Part shown: positions 25,341 through 37,781 of the stretch, one piece after another
Position numbering within the stretch: the first letter of the stretch is position 1
How the letters are laid out: each line of letters opens with the position of its first letter
Origin: Chrysemys picta bellii
Lineage: Eukaryota
DNA: 64,000 nt
Assembly: GCF_011386835.1 (NCBI RefSeq)
Contig: NC_088798.1
Location: 37,510,001 to 37,574,000, forward strand
Reading direction: 5' to 3'
Notes under the pieces: model-generated
Database searches by the model: none
What the model was told of the DNA's origin: nothing
What the model saw: the letters and a program-made list of their open reading frames with translations, nothing else
Translations under genes and position numbers: made by a program

Positions 25341-27630
25341 ACGTGTTTCATATGGTCTCGCATCAGCCCCAAGTGCCTTCCAAAAAATGATGTCATTGAT
25401 TCTGAAGAATCAACATGGAGTTCAGTGCTATTTGGATGATATTTTTGTGTTTGGAAATACTACTGAGGAGCATGACAATAACCTGCAGTCTGTACTAAAC
25501 TGCATCAGCAAAGCAGGCCTCAAGCTCAATAGGTCCAAATGCAAATTTAGACAAACTGAACTCTCCTTTCTGGGGCATACAATTTCACAGGCTGGACTAA
25601 AACCTGATCCAGATCATATTCTGGCAATTTCAAATGCTCCTCCTCCAACAGATTTGCAAACCTTACGTTTCTTCTTGGGTCTTACCTCCTGGTATGCAAA
25701 ATTCATTCCCAATTATGCTTCTCTCATTGAACCGTTACGAGAATTACTACGGAGAAGTTCAACCTTAGTGTGGACAACGGATGCACAAGCTAGTTTCAAA
25801 AGGGTGAAAGACTTGATTGTGCATAGTTCAGTACTTGAACTATTCAGTCCCGCATTGCCCACAATTGTAACTACTGATGCTTCTGATTATGGACTTGGGG
25901 CTGTCCTCACACAACTTCATGAGGACAACACTGAGAGGACTGTTGCATTTGCTTCAAGGACACTAAGTAATGCTGAGAGAAAATATTCTACAGTTGAAAA
26001 AGAAGCACTTGCTTGTGTCTGGGCTACTGAAAAATTGAGAACTTACCTGTGGGGCCACATGTTCAAGTTACGCACAGACCACAGCCCTTTCACGATGTTG
26101 CTCACCACGGAAGGACTGGGAAGAGCAGGATATCGTATTGCTAGATGGTCTGCAAGACTACTCTCTTTCAATTACGAACTGGAATATAAGCCTGGAAACA
26201 AAAATGTGGTAGCTGATTGCCTTTCTCGCCTGCCTTTGCCTTTACCAGATGGTACACCAGAGGATGAGGATGTAGTACTTGCGCTTATTACAAGCACTCT
26301 TACTGCAGTTACAAGAGAACAATTTCAAGCTGCTTGTTCAGCATGTCCAATTCAACAAAAACTACGGGAATTTCTGACAAAGAGATGGCCCAGTAACCCT
26401 AAAAACCTTGACCCAGTTTTGCTGCCTTATTTTAGAGTTCGGAATGAACTTTCTTTGCTCGATGGCTATGTGCTACGACGTACACACTGGCTACTTGTGC
26501 CAGAAGGATTACAGTCAAAACTCATACACGTGGCACATGATACTCATCAAGGAATTGTCAGAACCAAACGACGACTACGGTATCTGTATTGGTGGCCAGG
26601 GATGGACTCTCAAACTGAAGCACTCATAAAATCCTGTGTCACTTGCCAAATGCATGATAAGACAGCAGTGACATGTACCCCTCCATTACAGCCTGTTCCT
26701 CTTCCTGAATCTGTATGGGAAAAAGTGGCGATTGACCTTGTAGGACCCTTTGATACTGCTCCAATTGACTGTCGTTATGCCATCACTTTAATAGACTATT
26801 TCGGCAAATGACCTGAGGTAGCGTTTACATCACAAATTTCTTCTGCTACAGTAATTAAGCTTCTCTCTTCAGTTTTTAGCCGGGAAGGTAACCCCAAAGA
26901 ACTGGTTTCAGATAATGGTAGTCAATTTACTTCCCTGGAGTTTGAAACTTTTCTAGCAGAGAGGAACATTTTACACAGGAGGTCATCCCTATATTACCCT
27001 CAAGCCAATGGGGAAATCGAACAGTTTAACAGAAGTTTGAAAGAGAGTTTGCAAACAACTAAACTGGAAGAGCTATTGAGGATACCCTTGACTACTGATT
27101 TCTTGTAAGCATACCAGGCTACACGACATGCCACAACGCAAAGATGACCCGCAGAATTACTGCATGGGAAACGGCTGAATACTAAACTGAACATTGCTGG
27201 ATTGTTAAAGGCATGACCTAATCCCCCAAACAAGGATGATGTGAGAAAGACAGTTGAATAGAACCAAGCAAAGTCTAAGGCTTTTACAGACAAACGGCGG
27301 GGTGCTAAGGAACCAAAGTTTGAGTGTGGTTCCTTTGTTAGAATACGAAAACCTGGAATCTTACGCAAAGGGGACCATAAATTCACAGCTCCTCTTAAAA
27401 TCATAGAGAAGAAGGGCCCTTACACCTATTGACTTTCTGATGGGCGGGTATGGAATGCTTCTTATCTTGCACCTGCCTATGCACCAAGAGGAGATTATGC
27501 CAACATCCAGTCTGCATTGGATGACTTCACAGTAGAACCAACACCACAAGACATTGCACTGGAACCGGGGCTTGAGAGATGGCCTGTCAGACTCAGACGA
27601 CCACCTGCCTGAACTAGAGACTGTTATGTA
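25213..27630 (+). pseudogene. pol: Gypsy RT-RNaseH-integrase, with in-frame stops in the integrase
   Basis: YLDD at 25429-25440; RNase H TTDASDYGLGAVL, EKEALA, TDH; IN zinc finger H..H...C..C; core IDLVGPF and SDNGSQF (D at 26911) followed by QANGEIE; W-to-TGA stop at 26809 and further stops downstream. Confidence 0.95.
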
Positions 27631-27740
27631 GTAGCTACAGTGTTTTCAGTGTAATATTCCTGCCAACAGTATAGTGTCTTGTTTCATATTTGTTCCTGGG
27701 GTTAGAACAACAATGTTTATTTTAATTTGGAAAGTCTCTT

Positions 27741-27754
27741 AAGAGAGCAGGGAA
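27741..27754 (+). promoter_or_regulatory. Polypurine tract
   Basis: AAGAGAGCAGGGAA directly abuts the 3' LTR. Confidence 0.85.
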
Positions 27755-27964
27755 TGTGGTGTTTAGATGCTGCACGTGATTATTACAACTGGGAGCACTG
27801 GCTGTTGGGAGTCTGAAAGGACAGGAAACAGGAAGGAGAGGGGAGGAATTGAGGAGGCTGGGTGAGAGTTACAGAGTGTGCAGTTACAGCTTGGTAAAGA
27901 GATTTCCACCGTAAATAAAGTTCTGTTGAAGAAGTTGTTAATACCTTGCCTGGGTGATACAACA
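27755..27964 (+). repeat. 3' LTR (210 bp)
   Basis: Direct repeat of 23433-23640; preceded by the purine tract and followed by the TSD CCAGC. Confidence 0.96.
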
Positions 27965-28830
27965 CCAGCACCTCATTCCAATGCCCCAATGCCAGCCATT
28001 TTCATCCAAGGCACACAGCGGAAAAATGTGGATCAGTTCAAGTATTTGGGCAGCACCATCTCCATTGACAGTTCCCTTGATAAGGCAATTTCCTCCAGAA
28101 TTAGTAAAGCCAGCTAGGCCCTTGCCCGACTCCGAACAAAAGTACTTAATCAACACAACATCCGTCTCTCCACCAAATTGAAGATCTATAGTGCAGTGGT
28201 TCTAACATCTCTCCTGTATGGATCGGAGATGTGGACTCTTTATAGACATCAAATTAAACAGCTTGAGCAATTTCACATGTGCTCCCTCCGCTCAATAATG
28301 AGCATTCACTGACAGGACAGAGTGTCCAATATTAAGGTCCTTGAAAGAGAAGACACAACCAGGATTGAGGAAATGTTACTGAGAGCACAACTTAGCTGGA
28401 CCGGACATGTCATCAGAATGGAAGTCCACTGTCTCGCAAAACAGATCTTGTATGGAGAGCTGAGTCAGGGCAAAAGAAAGAAGGGTCGTCCATATAAGCA
28501 CTTCAAAGATAATCTGAAGAGCAGTCTCCAGTGGGCTGGCATCAATCCCAAAGCACTTGAGCAAATGGCTCAGAACAGGACTCACTGGTGGTCTCTGACA
28601 AGATCAGCATGTAACAGGTTTGAGCAGGATCGACAAATTCATCTACAGGCTGCATGTGAAAGGTGCCAGAGAGCTGCATCATCAAACATCATAAATACAC
28701 ACTTCCCATGCCCTCAGTGTGACTGACTCTGTGCATCAGGGTTCGGACTTCGGAGTCATATGCGTAGCCATAGATGAGAACTGCGACAATATTGTCATCA
28801 TCATTAGCGGTGGTCTATGAACACACACAA
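27965..28830 (+). mobile_element. RTE LINE, 3' segment
   Basis: Continues QP|APHS...FKYLGSTIS, YSAVVLTSLLYGSE.W, LSWTGHVIRME, ILYGEL..GKR..GRP, C-terminal CPQC...LRSHMRSH, stop at 28775-28777, short 3' UTR ending in a CA-type repeat. Confidence 0.92.
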
Positions 28831-29301
28831 GAAAACTGAGGAAAAGAGTTATGAATGTTGCTGTGTTTAAAATGTTTGCTCTGTGAGATGCAAGGGTGCA
28901 AGTGCCTGTTCTGAAGCCCAATACATGATGCTCCTGAGCCTGTCTTTGACACAGCCACAAGGTAGGCATAACCCTGGCCTCAGTTTGAGCACTCTTTTCC
29001 TTCCACTGGCTCCCACTCTGAGTTGTATTATTTTCTACCAACATACTACCACGATGCCCTGCTTTGTGTTTCTGGGTCATTTTTCATCAGCGTCATGATG
29101 GATTACAGGCTCATGATGAAAAATAAGGGCACTAGGCAAATATCAATATACTCAGGAGCTAAAACTTAAGAGTCTTAAGGAGCTTCTCTGCCAGAGTTAC
29201 AAGTTACAGTAGAGGTGAATACCAACATTAACTGTCAATGCACATATATCTTCCATTGTTTTTACGTTGTTGTTTTAGCTGTGTTGGGCCCAGAATATTA
29301 G

Positions 29302-29448
29302 AGAGACAAGGTAGGTGAGATAACATCTTTTATTGGACCAACTTCTGTTGGTGAGAGAGAAGAAAAGCTCTGTGTAGCTTCAAAGCTTGTCTCTTTCACC
29401 AACAGAAGCTGGTCCAATAAGAGATATTACTTTACCCACCTTGCCTCT
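29302..29448. repeat. Hairpin (about 58-bp arms), Penelope-like element terminus
   Basis: Arms 29302-29358 and 29390-29448 are reverse complements at about 85% identity; loop contains GAAGAAAAGCTCTGTGTAGCTTCAAAGC. Confidence 0.7.
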
Positions 29449-30100
29449 GTAATGCAGATATAGATGTGCAGGTGTTTAAAGTTTAAAGCAGAAGGGATTC
29501 AATACAATCTTTCTTCCAAAGAATGCTAACTCGCAGTCTGCTTTCCTTTCTGATCATCAGTGCAAGATTTAAAGTTTGTTTCACTGGAAAAAAAACATTA
29601 AAGCTTGAAGAGCAGGGGAAAATAAAACTATTTGAACTGGACACAGAGTCAAGGTATTTATCAACTTCCATAAGGCTGCTTCCCTCACCCCTTTGAAATC
29701 CCTTTTCAAGTCCCACTTCTGCTGCAGTGACTGAAAGAAGTCAGCCAGCATAGACTAGCTAGTTTGAGGGACAGCTAGGGAATTGAAAGTAACTACTTAA
29801 GTAATGATAAAATAAAACACAGGAAATGTTTCTATATACATAAAAGTGCATAGAGGTGTATAAAAATGTGAGTCATGAGCTTAATTTAAGTGTTTCAAGA
29901 TTGGGGCCTAAGAAGTCATGCAGCTTTTGAAGGGCAGGGAAAATGGGGACCATTGTATATGTACCATTTTAATATACATATATGCATCGTGGGCCAGAGT
30001 CTCAGGTGGTGTAAATCAACATAGCACCACTGAAGTCATTGGAGCTATGTGGATTTGCACAAGCTGAGCCCTTTCTATTTACCCTTGTACGAGTTTGGAG

Positions 30101-30601
30101 CACGGGTGGGCAAACTTTTTGGCCTGAGGGCCACATCTGAGTGGGGAAATTGTATGCAGGGCCATGAATGTAGGGCTGGGGCAGGGAGTTGGGGTGCGGG
30201 AAGGAATGTGGGGTGTGGGAGGGGGTGTGCTGTGCAGGAAGGGGCTCAGGGCAAGGGGTTGGTGTGCAGGAGATTGGGGTGCAGGAGGGGTGCGGCAGGG
30301 GGCTCAAGTCTGTCAGTGGCTCCTGGGGGTGGAGTGGTATGGGGTGAGGCAGGTGGCTCCACCACATGCTGCCCTCACCTGCGGGTACCACCACCAAAGG
30401 TCCTATTGGCCACGGTTCCCCTCTGTCCCCCACCCACCCCCAGGAGCCGCAGGGACGTGATGCCGGCTGCTTCCGGGAGTGGTGCAGGGCCAGGGAGCCT
30501 GCCTTAGCCCCGCTGTGCCATGGGACTGTCAATCCCGCAAGCCAGATTGAAAGTCCTGACAGGCTGGATCTGGCCCGTGGGCCATAGTTTGCCCTCCCCT
30601 G
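30101..30601. mobile_element. hAT-type MITE (CAGGGGTGGGCAAAC termini), 501 bp, G-rich interior
   Basis: TIR CACGGGTGGGCAAACT/AGTTTGCCCTCCCCTG; perfect 8-bp TSD GTTTGGAG. Confidence 0.92.
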
Positions 30602-31036
30602 GTTTGGAGGGTTGGACCCTGAGGCTGTGATCATGCAGTTGGAGCTCCACAGGTGAATCTTTGTGCCTATTCAGAGAATCATTAAGTTTCAGTGGAACTC
30701 CACATAGACATGGTGGTTTGTGCACAAGGATCCAGTGGCAGGATCAGGACCTTAAATTGTAAACTGTTTGGGGCCGAGGCTGTGTCTACTTTTGTTTGCA
30801 CAATGGGTCCCTGATCCTGCTGGGGGGCTCTGAGGTGACAGTGATATAAATATCTATGAAATAAATATTATTAAACATCTTTACACCCCGTCCTGGAAAA
30901 GACAATATTAATGGAAGGGAGCTTCATTTTTTCCATTTTATTTTTAATTTTGTAGAATTTACAAAATATGTCATTAGACCTCACAGGAAAAGAACAACCT
31001 ATCAATGGCTGTTCAAAAAAATAACTTTCTTGATAT

Positions 31037-31070
31037 CATATATATATATATCTATATATATATCTATATA
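31037..31070. repeat. (TA)n microsatellite with TC interruptions
   Basis: ATATATATATATATCTATATATATATCTATATAT. Confidence 0.85.
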
Positions 31071-32859
31071 TCCTTAAAAAGAATAGCAATTACTAATTCT
31101 TTTCCCTTGACCCTGACTTGTACAGGAAAAATGATTATAACAACCATTATCCTAACACCTTAGTGTCTGAGCTTTAAGTATCCAAAGGCTTTGTTAATAA
31201 TAAACAAATACTGCTAAAAATAAAATGGCATCATGAATCCTATTTATGTGGGTTTCGCTCCTCTAATTCTTCCATGGATTCTTCTTCCATGGATAGGTCC
31301 TCATTTTTATATAATTTAGATAACAAAAAAACTTGGCCTCATCATAGTTACAAAACAGAAACTTATCATCCTTAATTGGTCTAGGTTTATCGGTTACCAT
31401 AATCAATGCATGGGAACCTAAAGTCTGAAATTATAATATTAAAATAGGAACTGTTTTCCTTCTTGGCTGAGTCATTTCATTTACACCAAAGAAAGGTGTT
31501 TCAAAAGAAAATGCTTACCCTTGAAAATTCAGACTTGATTCATAATTCACAGATGATCATTTGTCGATCCTTTGTTGTATCCTACCTATACCCATGGCAG
31601 TATGCCTGTGCGAGCGTGGGGTAGACAACACTGGAGTTAATGATCATTATGTTATGATTAACTCCTGTAGAAATTTTCACAACTTGTGGCCATGCAGAAT
31701 GTCCTTCCCACAGCTCTCTCCAAATGACAATCTCCGCCTCCCCCCGCCATCCCAAATTTGCAGAAGCCTAAGAACATAGAATCCTTTCTTTATAAATACC
31801 ATGGGGCTGACAGACAAGCTGGATGATGCCAATGCAGCTCAAATCCTTACCCTGAGCCCAGATCTGGAGTCATTGTAGCAGATTTCTTGCTATTTCCATT
31901 CACTCCACACACTTCAAACCAGAGGAAACGATATCATCCCAAGAATGTTTGGTGAGATTTTCAAAAGCAAATAAGTGACTTAGACTCCTTGAAAGTCATG
32001 GAATATGAGCTTCTAAGTCACTTAGGCACATTTGAAAATCTCACTTATCTTGCAATTGTTATTAACAAAACACCACATCCATAGACATAAAGGGTTTTCC
32101 CACACACTCTGCTAGTCTACTGTTTCATCAGCTGCTTGAAGGTCACCATTATGCACTGTCTTTGTTAATTCACAGTTTCTCCCAAGTTTCCTATGGGTGG
32201 CCTAGGGTAATGTACACTTTATTCAATCATAGCTGCCGAAGCAGAGAATGTGTGACCCCCCTCATATTCCCACAAGCCTTCTTCTCTGGAAGCCACTTGC
32301 TTTTTGCTACCCATGATATAACTTCTTTCAGGCTTTATGCAGAGCTTGCAAATGGAAGGGCCCCCAATGAAAGAGATTTTTGCCTCTCCAATTCCATAGC
32401 TTTAACCAGGCTAAGTTTCCAACTACTAATGTACTAATGAAAAACCTTAGCAGATATCTTTTGAACTTTTAGTCATTTGTCTGTCCAAGATACTACACCA
32501 AAAAATTCTCATTTCTGATGATGTACTGCACTTGACATCACTTTTAGGTAGTCAAGAGTAAGCTTACAGTAGGTCTCAGTAGGAAGAAATACATAAGAAA
32601 TCTTGGTTCAAATGATCTTACATATAATATACTTGCATTACTACGTGCTGAGTGGCTGTTGGTTCTGACTCTCTCCCTCCTCCTCCCTCACAGTCTGACC
32701 CTTCTTCCCTTCAGCATCTCTTCTCCCTTTCCTTTCCTTTCCATTTAGTTTATCTCCTCTTAACTAATAACCCCCTTGCCCCCCCCCCCATCATAGAACT
32801 AAGGTGATGTTTGCTATCACATTGTTTACTCTGGTTGTGTGTTCTACCCTTTCCCTGCA

Positions 32860-33002
32860 CCCTTTGTCTGTCTTGTCTACGTATATAGCAAGCTCCTTGA
32901 GGCAGGGACTATCTAGTACTCGGTGTTTGTACAGTGCTTAGCACAATGGGTCCCCACTTTTGGTTGGTCCTTAGGTACCACTATAATAAACAAGAATAAT
33001 AA
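32860..33002 (+). mobile_element. L2-type 3' tail
   Basis: AAGCTCCTTGAGGCAGGGAC...GTTTGTACAGTGCTTAGCACAATGG...AATAATAA; similar tails at about 13200-13320, 15855-15950, 30765-30870 and 50440-50560. Confidence 0.75.
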
Positions 33003-35245
33003 ATTACATGTATCTCCATTGATTTAACCTGGGCATGATCAGTCTGTCACCTTGCAAATAAATGCTGTGTGTGCAGAAGAAAATCATATGACAGTAGCCA
33101 AATTTAGATTTCACTTATCAATGTAATCAAAAGTAGCTCCACTGGAGTTCTATTAAAATTGGTGTAATATGTCCAATGACTCCATAATAGTTGTATGAGG
33201 TTAATAAACTCAGTCATAAAAGTAAAATGATGTCAGCAGTTTTCTGACATTGTTTCCCCTGGAATCTTATTGGATTATGTTTTCTTGGATCTGTTCCAAA
33301 GGTTCACAATCTAGGTGTAATCATGGATTTTAAAATATTATTCCTTTCACACACATTTTAGACACATCGCCCAAACTTCCATTTCAACTTCAAAATCTTG
33401 TGAGACTTTTATTATTATTATTAATCATGTGTTGAACACTGTCATTGTGGCTTAGACCTTCTCAAGTTGATGCCCCAATAGCCCCAGCATTTATAAACTC
33501 ATGGATAGATTTGCATAATGCATTGGCAACAGTCTTTCTGTATCTGCTATTTAGTTACTCTAGTTCATACAAAATGAATCAGTAAAAACTGTCATAATCT
33601 ATACAGGTCAGCATTATATTTTACCATCTTTTAAAACATTTTTATTGACTGGTAGTAGAGTATTTTTATTGATTTAACTGCAATAGTTTTTACAGATACC
33701 CATATTTCAATCTGCATATGCAAATATTCACTTTGGAAGTGTTTGCCCATTTATCCAGCCATGGAAGAGAAACAAGACATATTTATTTGGTCAATCAAAA
33801 GTAAGAGACAGCTGGAATGGCAAATACTCACAGAAATGTTTGCCATCAACCCATAGTGTTCAAACAAGACACAAGTAGCAAAAAAATAATAGTTGCCTAT
33901 TGTTGAGAACCAAATACATCTAAGCAATCAGCTGTTAGGGATTCTGTGAGCAGGAAATTAGCAGAATTCATCAGGTGACTATTCTGACTGCTCTATTCGC
34001 AGTGACCCATAGGAGCTTTGCTCTGCACAGGCCTGAGCACTTTCAACACCCACTGAAGCCAAAATGGATTGAAGGTGCTCGGCCCCTGATAGGATCCAGG
34101 TTTGTCCGACTTTACTGGTACCTAAAGGAAACGTGCATTGTGAATGTCTATTCAGCTTCAGAGCAGAGACGTTCTGAATTGGATGAAAGTTTTAACATTG
34201 CACTCTTTTATTGCTCAGTTTGGAGGGAAATATATTTGTCAAAGTGACTGTGGTCCCACTTACAAGAGCCTGAAATGACAATTTGTGATGATTCAGATAT
34301 GTACTTAAAGCAAAGGTTAACACTGAATACTAATAAACTAGGTTTCCTCTGAGATTTGTTACACAATACAGATTGTTGTAGTGGTGTCAGGAAGCTCAGA
34401 ATCAGATCATTAGTTCAAAATGCCGCTCCTTGTCTCTTCTTGTGAATTAATTAAGGCTGAATATCCAGCTTTGAGGCAGGTATCTTGCTGCTATCCCCGA
34501 TTCCTTCTGATAAATGAACTCAAAGTGACGTGGCACTGTGAGCAACCGAAAAACATTGCTCCCCCCTGAGACTGCTGCCTAATGTGCCCTACTTCTGTGA
34601 CCCACTCTTACAGAGGAAAATAAAGGCTGGATGTAGGTCAGGTCTTCAAAGTTTGATCAGTCAGGCCGTGGTCTTAGTTACTGAGAAGTAACAGTGTTCT
34701 CTAAAAAGAAAACAAACAAGTCAACTAAAAAATAAAAATAAATCTCATAATACAACTAAAAACAATAAACTAATGCAAAAGGAAGACTGTGCTATAGTAG
34801 GTTTCAAGGCACCTTGAGATATTATAGGTTTTGCATCCATGAACAGTGCTAAGCTAAATGTGTAGTTGTGTGCAACATATTGAAAGGAATAATACAGCAC
34901 AGTGCATTTTCTGGCTTAGGACAGGCGGAAGGTGCTGATGTGCATGTTGTAATGTGCAATTAGGGGTTGCCAATTCCAAGGAAATGCCATGCCCTGTGGT
35001 CATCTGAAATAAATTGAAAATAGGGGGGATTGGCAGATGAACTTTATTATTTAATTTGTTATATACAGATAATTCATGTCCTGTTCATTAGTCAAATTAC
35101 ACAGATATCCTTCATCTTAGTCTAAAGATGAACCACGGTTATTTTATGTAGCGTGCTACTGAAAGAGAAGGATCACTAGGTGTTGAGGGCATTCAGTTTC
35201 TTTTAAGATCTCACCTTACACCTCTATATTATTTTTGTTCATTAA

Positions 35246-35530
35246 GGATATGTCTATACTGGAGCTGGAGGAAGGATCTTCAGCTTGTGTAGATGTATAT
35301 GCAGTCGCTTTGACTGAGCTAGCACACTAAAAATAGAAGCGTAGCTGCAATAGTGCAAGAATTGGGAGGAGCTAGCTGCCCCATGTATAATCCTATCTGA
35401 GAACATAGGCACATACTCGAGCGCTCTACAGCTATACTTCTAATTTTAGTGCACTAGCTGGAACAGAGCCAGCAGGGGTAAGTCTAGACTGGAGCTGGAG
35501 GTATAATTTCCAACTTAGGTAGACAAGCCC
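35246..35530. mobile_element. PIF/Harbinger-like MITE
   Basis: GGATATGTCTATACT...GGTAGACAAGCCC; flanks TAA/TTA. Confidence 0.7.
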
Positions 35531-37247
35531 TTAGAGTCTAATTCAATGACAACTAATGTCAATGAAAGCCTTTCCACCAACTTCATTGGGCATAGGATCA
35601 GGCCCTGATAATTCTCCTGTCATACATGCCTTGATTCAGCAAAGTGCTTAAGCCTATTGCTTAACTTTATGCACATGAGTAGTCCCATTGACTTCCCTGA
35701 AACGAGCCACATAAAGTCTGGCATGTGGTTAAGTCACTTGCTGAATTGGGCCTTACTTTGGGTATAAATCAAGAGTCCAGCCATTGAAGTTAATAGAAGT
35801 TACAGTGGTCTTAAAACAGAGTTAAAATGAGATCAGAATTTGGAACAAGAGGCAAAAAAAGTGAGAGCAATGAATGAAAGCAAGGAAGTGGAGGGGAAGG
35901 AGGACAACAGTAATTAAATGATCATACAGTTATATAGGTTCGCTATTGAGCAGCTTAGTGGCTTCAAGTCTTCTGAAGGGTTTATCACTATAACGTTGTC
36001 ATTTTATTCCATGAATATATTCTTCCCATCTGTCACTTTATGTCCAAATAATTCCTCTTCATTATCCAGCAAGTCATTTTCATCATTAATATCATCCTTA
36101 TCTCCTCATTGCACTGATTCTTTTCTTTCATTTCACAGTTCATAGACAATTATTGTTTGTTCATATCATTCTAATTTCCCTCTTAATCATTATCTTTTAT
36201 ATCAGATTTATTAGCCACTAAGATTTTGTTACTTTCAGATTCTCACAGTAGTGGTGCAGAGAAGCAGGGTTTTCTAGGCTGGTGGGCTGTTGAAAGCCAA
36301 ATATATAAATGAAGCAGTCAGAAAAAATCTTTAGCTATTGAGTATATGATTTATTTAATCAATAGCCTATTGATTATATATAATATTTATTTTTAAACTT
36401 TACACAGGCAATGAACTATGCAACGTTTTCCTCATGTTGTTTATGATGGATTGGCTTGAGTGTATGGGTGAGTCTGTACTGAGACTTAACCACATACTCA
36501 CATTTAGGCATGTGCTTAAGTGTTTTACTAACTACAGAAATTATTATGAAGACAACTGATTGCATGGAATGGTTGGTTGTCTTACCATGGCTTAGCTGTA
36601 CATCCACACTGTAACAATGTTTTTGTCAGAACTATTTAAATACATCCACACACAGAACGACTTATAGTTTGGTGCCAGAGCATTCTTGGACTCCTGGGGG
36701 GCATAGGGCTGGCAGCGGAGCCCTGCATAAAACGTGAGGGTGCTACAGCACCTCGCGCACCCTAGTTCCTCCTCTATGTGAACTCAACGGTTAACCATTT
36801 AACTGATAACATTTTAATACGTTACACGGTTACTATTTTTAAACCCTATTTACATCCCTAGTTTCCATAAGTTCATTCTATTTAATGCCCTAAAAGAGCA
36901 TTTCCTTTAGGTCAGAGATGTTCAGAGTCATGAGTTCTGGGCTGCATGTATGGATAAGCATGTATGTGTATTCTTTCACCCAATGATAAGGAAGGGGTCT
37001 TGGTTTTCAGTTGTCTTTAGTATGCATTCGCCAATCTCTCCATTTATTTTAAACTTACTGCAATGTTTGCACCTCTAAAGAACACTTTATCCAAGGATCA
37101 AAGGCACATTATGAACATTAATTCTCACTACTCCCCTTGAGATATATACAGTAGCATAATATATATATTACGGCTAGGACAACTGACGTACACAGATGAT
37201 GAAGTTCCTAAAGTCACAAAGAAAGTCCCTGGCAGAGCAGAGACTAG

Positions 37248-37781
37248 GGGCAGGTCTATACTACACATTTACCTTGGCGCAGCTGCACTGATGCAGCTAC
37301 GCTGCAGTATCACATTTGGTGAAGGAGTTCTAAGGCAATGGGAGAGAGCTCTCCTGTCGACTTAATAACTTCACCTCCTTAAGAGGTGGTAGCTACGTCG
37401 GCAGAAGAAGCGCTCTCATCAACATAGCACTGTCTACACAGGGGGCAGGGGCACGGGCACAGACTACCCCCCCCTCCAATCAGCAGGGCCGAGACACAGA
37501 ACTCCTCTGGGGCGGGGAGAGGAGGGGAGAGAGCGCTCATCCAACCACAGGGGTAGAGCCAGCTCCTCTGGCCGCATGGGGGTGTGGGGGGGGAGAAACC
37601 AGCTCCTCGGGCCACAGGAGGCACAGAAAATGGCCCTCCAAAAGCGGCCACATTCTTATTTCTCTGCACACTCCTGACAGGGGGTTAAGATCAGGATAAC
37701 TACATCGCTCAGAGGTATGGATTTGTCATACCCCTGAGCAATGTAGTTATACCCAAGTAAGAATGCAGTGTAGACCAAGCC
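37248..37781. mobile_element. PIF/Harbinger-like MITE (GGC..GTCTACACT termini)
   Basis: GGGCAGGTCTATACT...AGTGTAGACCAAGCC; interrupts a SINE; TSD not clean. Confidence 0.7.
37446..37676. mobile_element. hAT-type MITE nested in a Harbinger-type MITE
   Basis: Perfect 8-bp TSD ACAGGGGG on both sides; imperfect CAGG...CCTG termini. Confidence 0.8.

Larger units (their letters stand above)
23433..27964 (+). mobile_element. Full-length, decayed Ty3/Gypsy LTR retrotransposon (Mag-like), 4532 bp
   Basis: Two TG...CA direct repeats (23433-23640, 27755-27964); identical 5-bp flanks CCAGC (23428-23432, 27965-27969); PBS after the 5' LTR; polypurine tract before the 3' LTR; domain order gag-PR-RT-RH-IN. 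Confidence 0.97.

Noticed and set aside
27000-27989. Antisense ORFs in the Gypsy element (possible extra gene or env)
   Set aside because: They are short shadows of pol and the LTR, with no env-like transmembrane or fusion features.
22280-28860. Target-site duplication of the RTE insertion
   Set aside because: No convincing direct repeat was found at the inferred ends, so the RTE boundaries are approximate.
30002-30634. 210-aa Pro-rich ORF
   Set aside because: It lies almost entirely in the G-rich hAT MITE; it is open because the composition is poor in stop codons.
31583-31767. Minus-strand 61-codon open segment; LLQIWD in another frame resembles Rab GTPases
   Set aside because: The Rab motif does not continue (no TAGQE), and the open frame matches nothing I recognise.
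35930-36100. Acidic minus-strand frame (GDKDDINDENDLLDNEEELFG...)
   Set aside because: Only about 33 codons between stops, no splice signals, low complexity.
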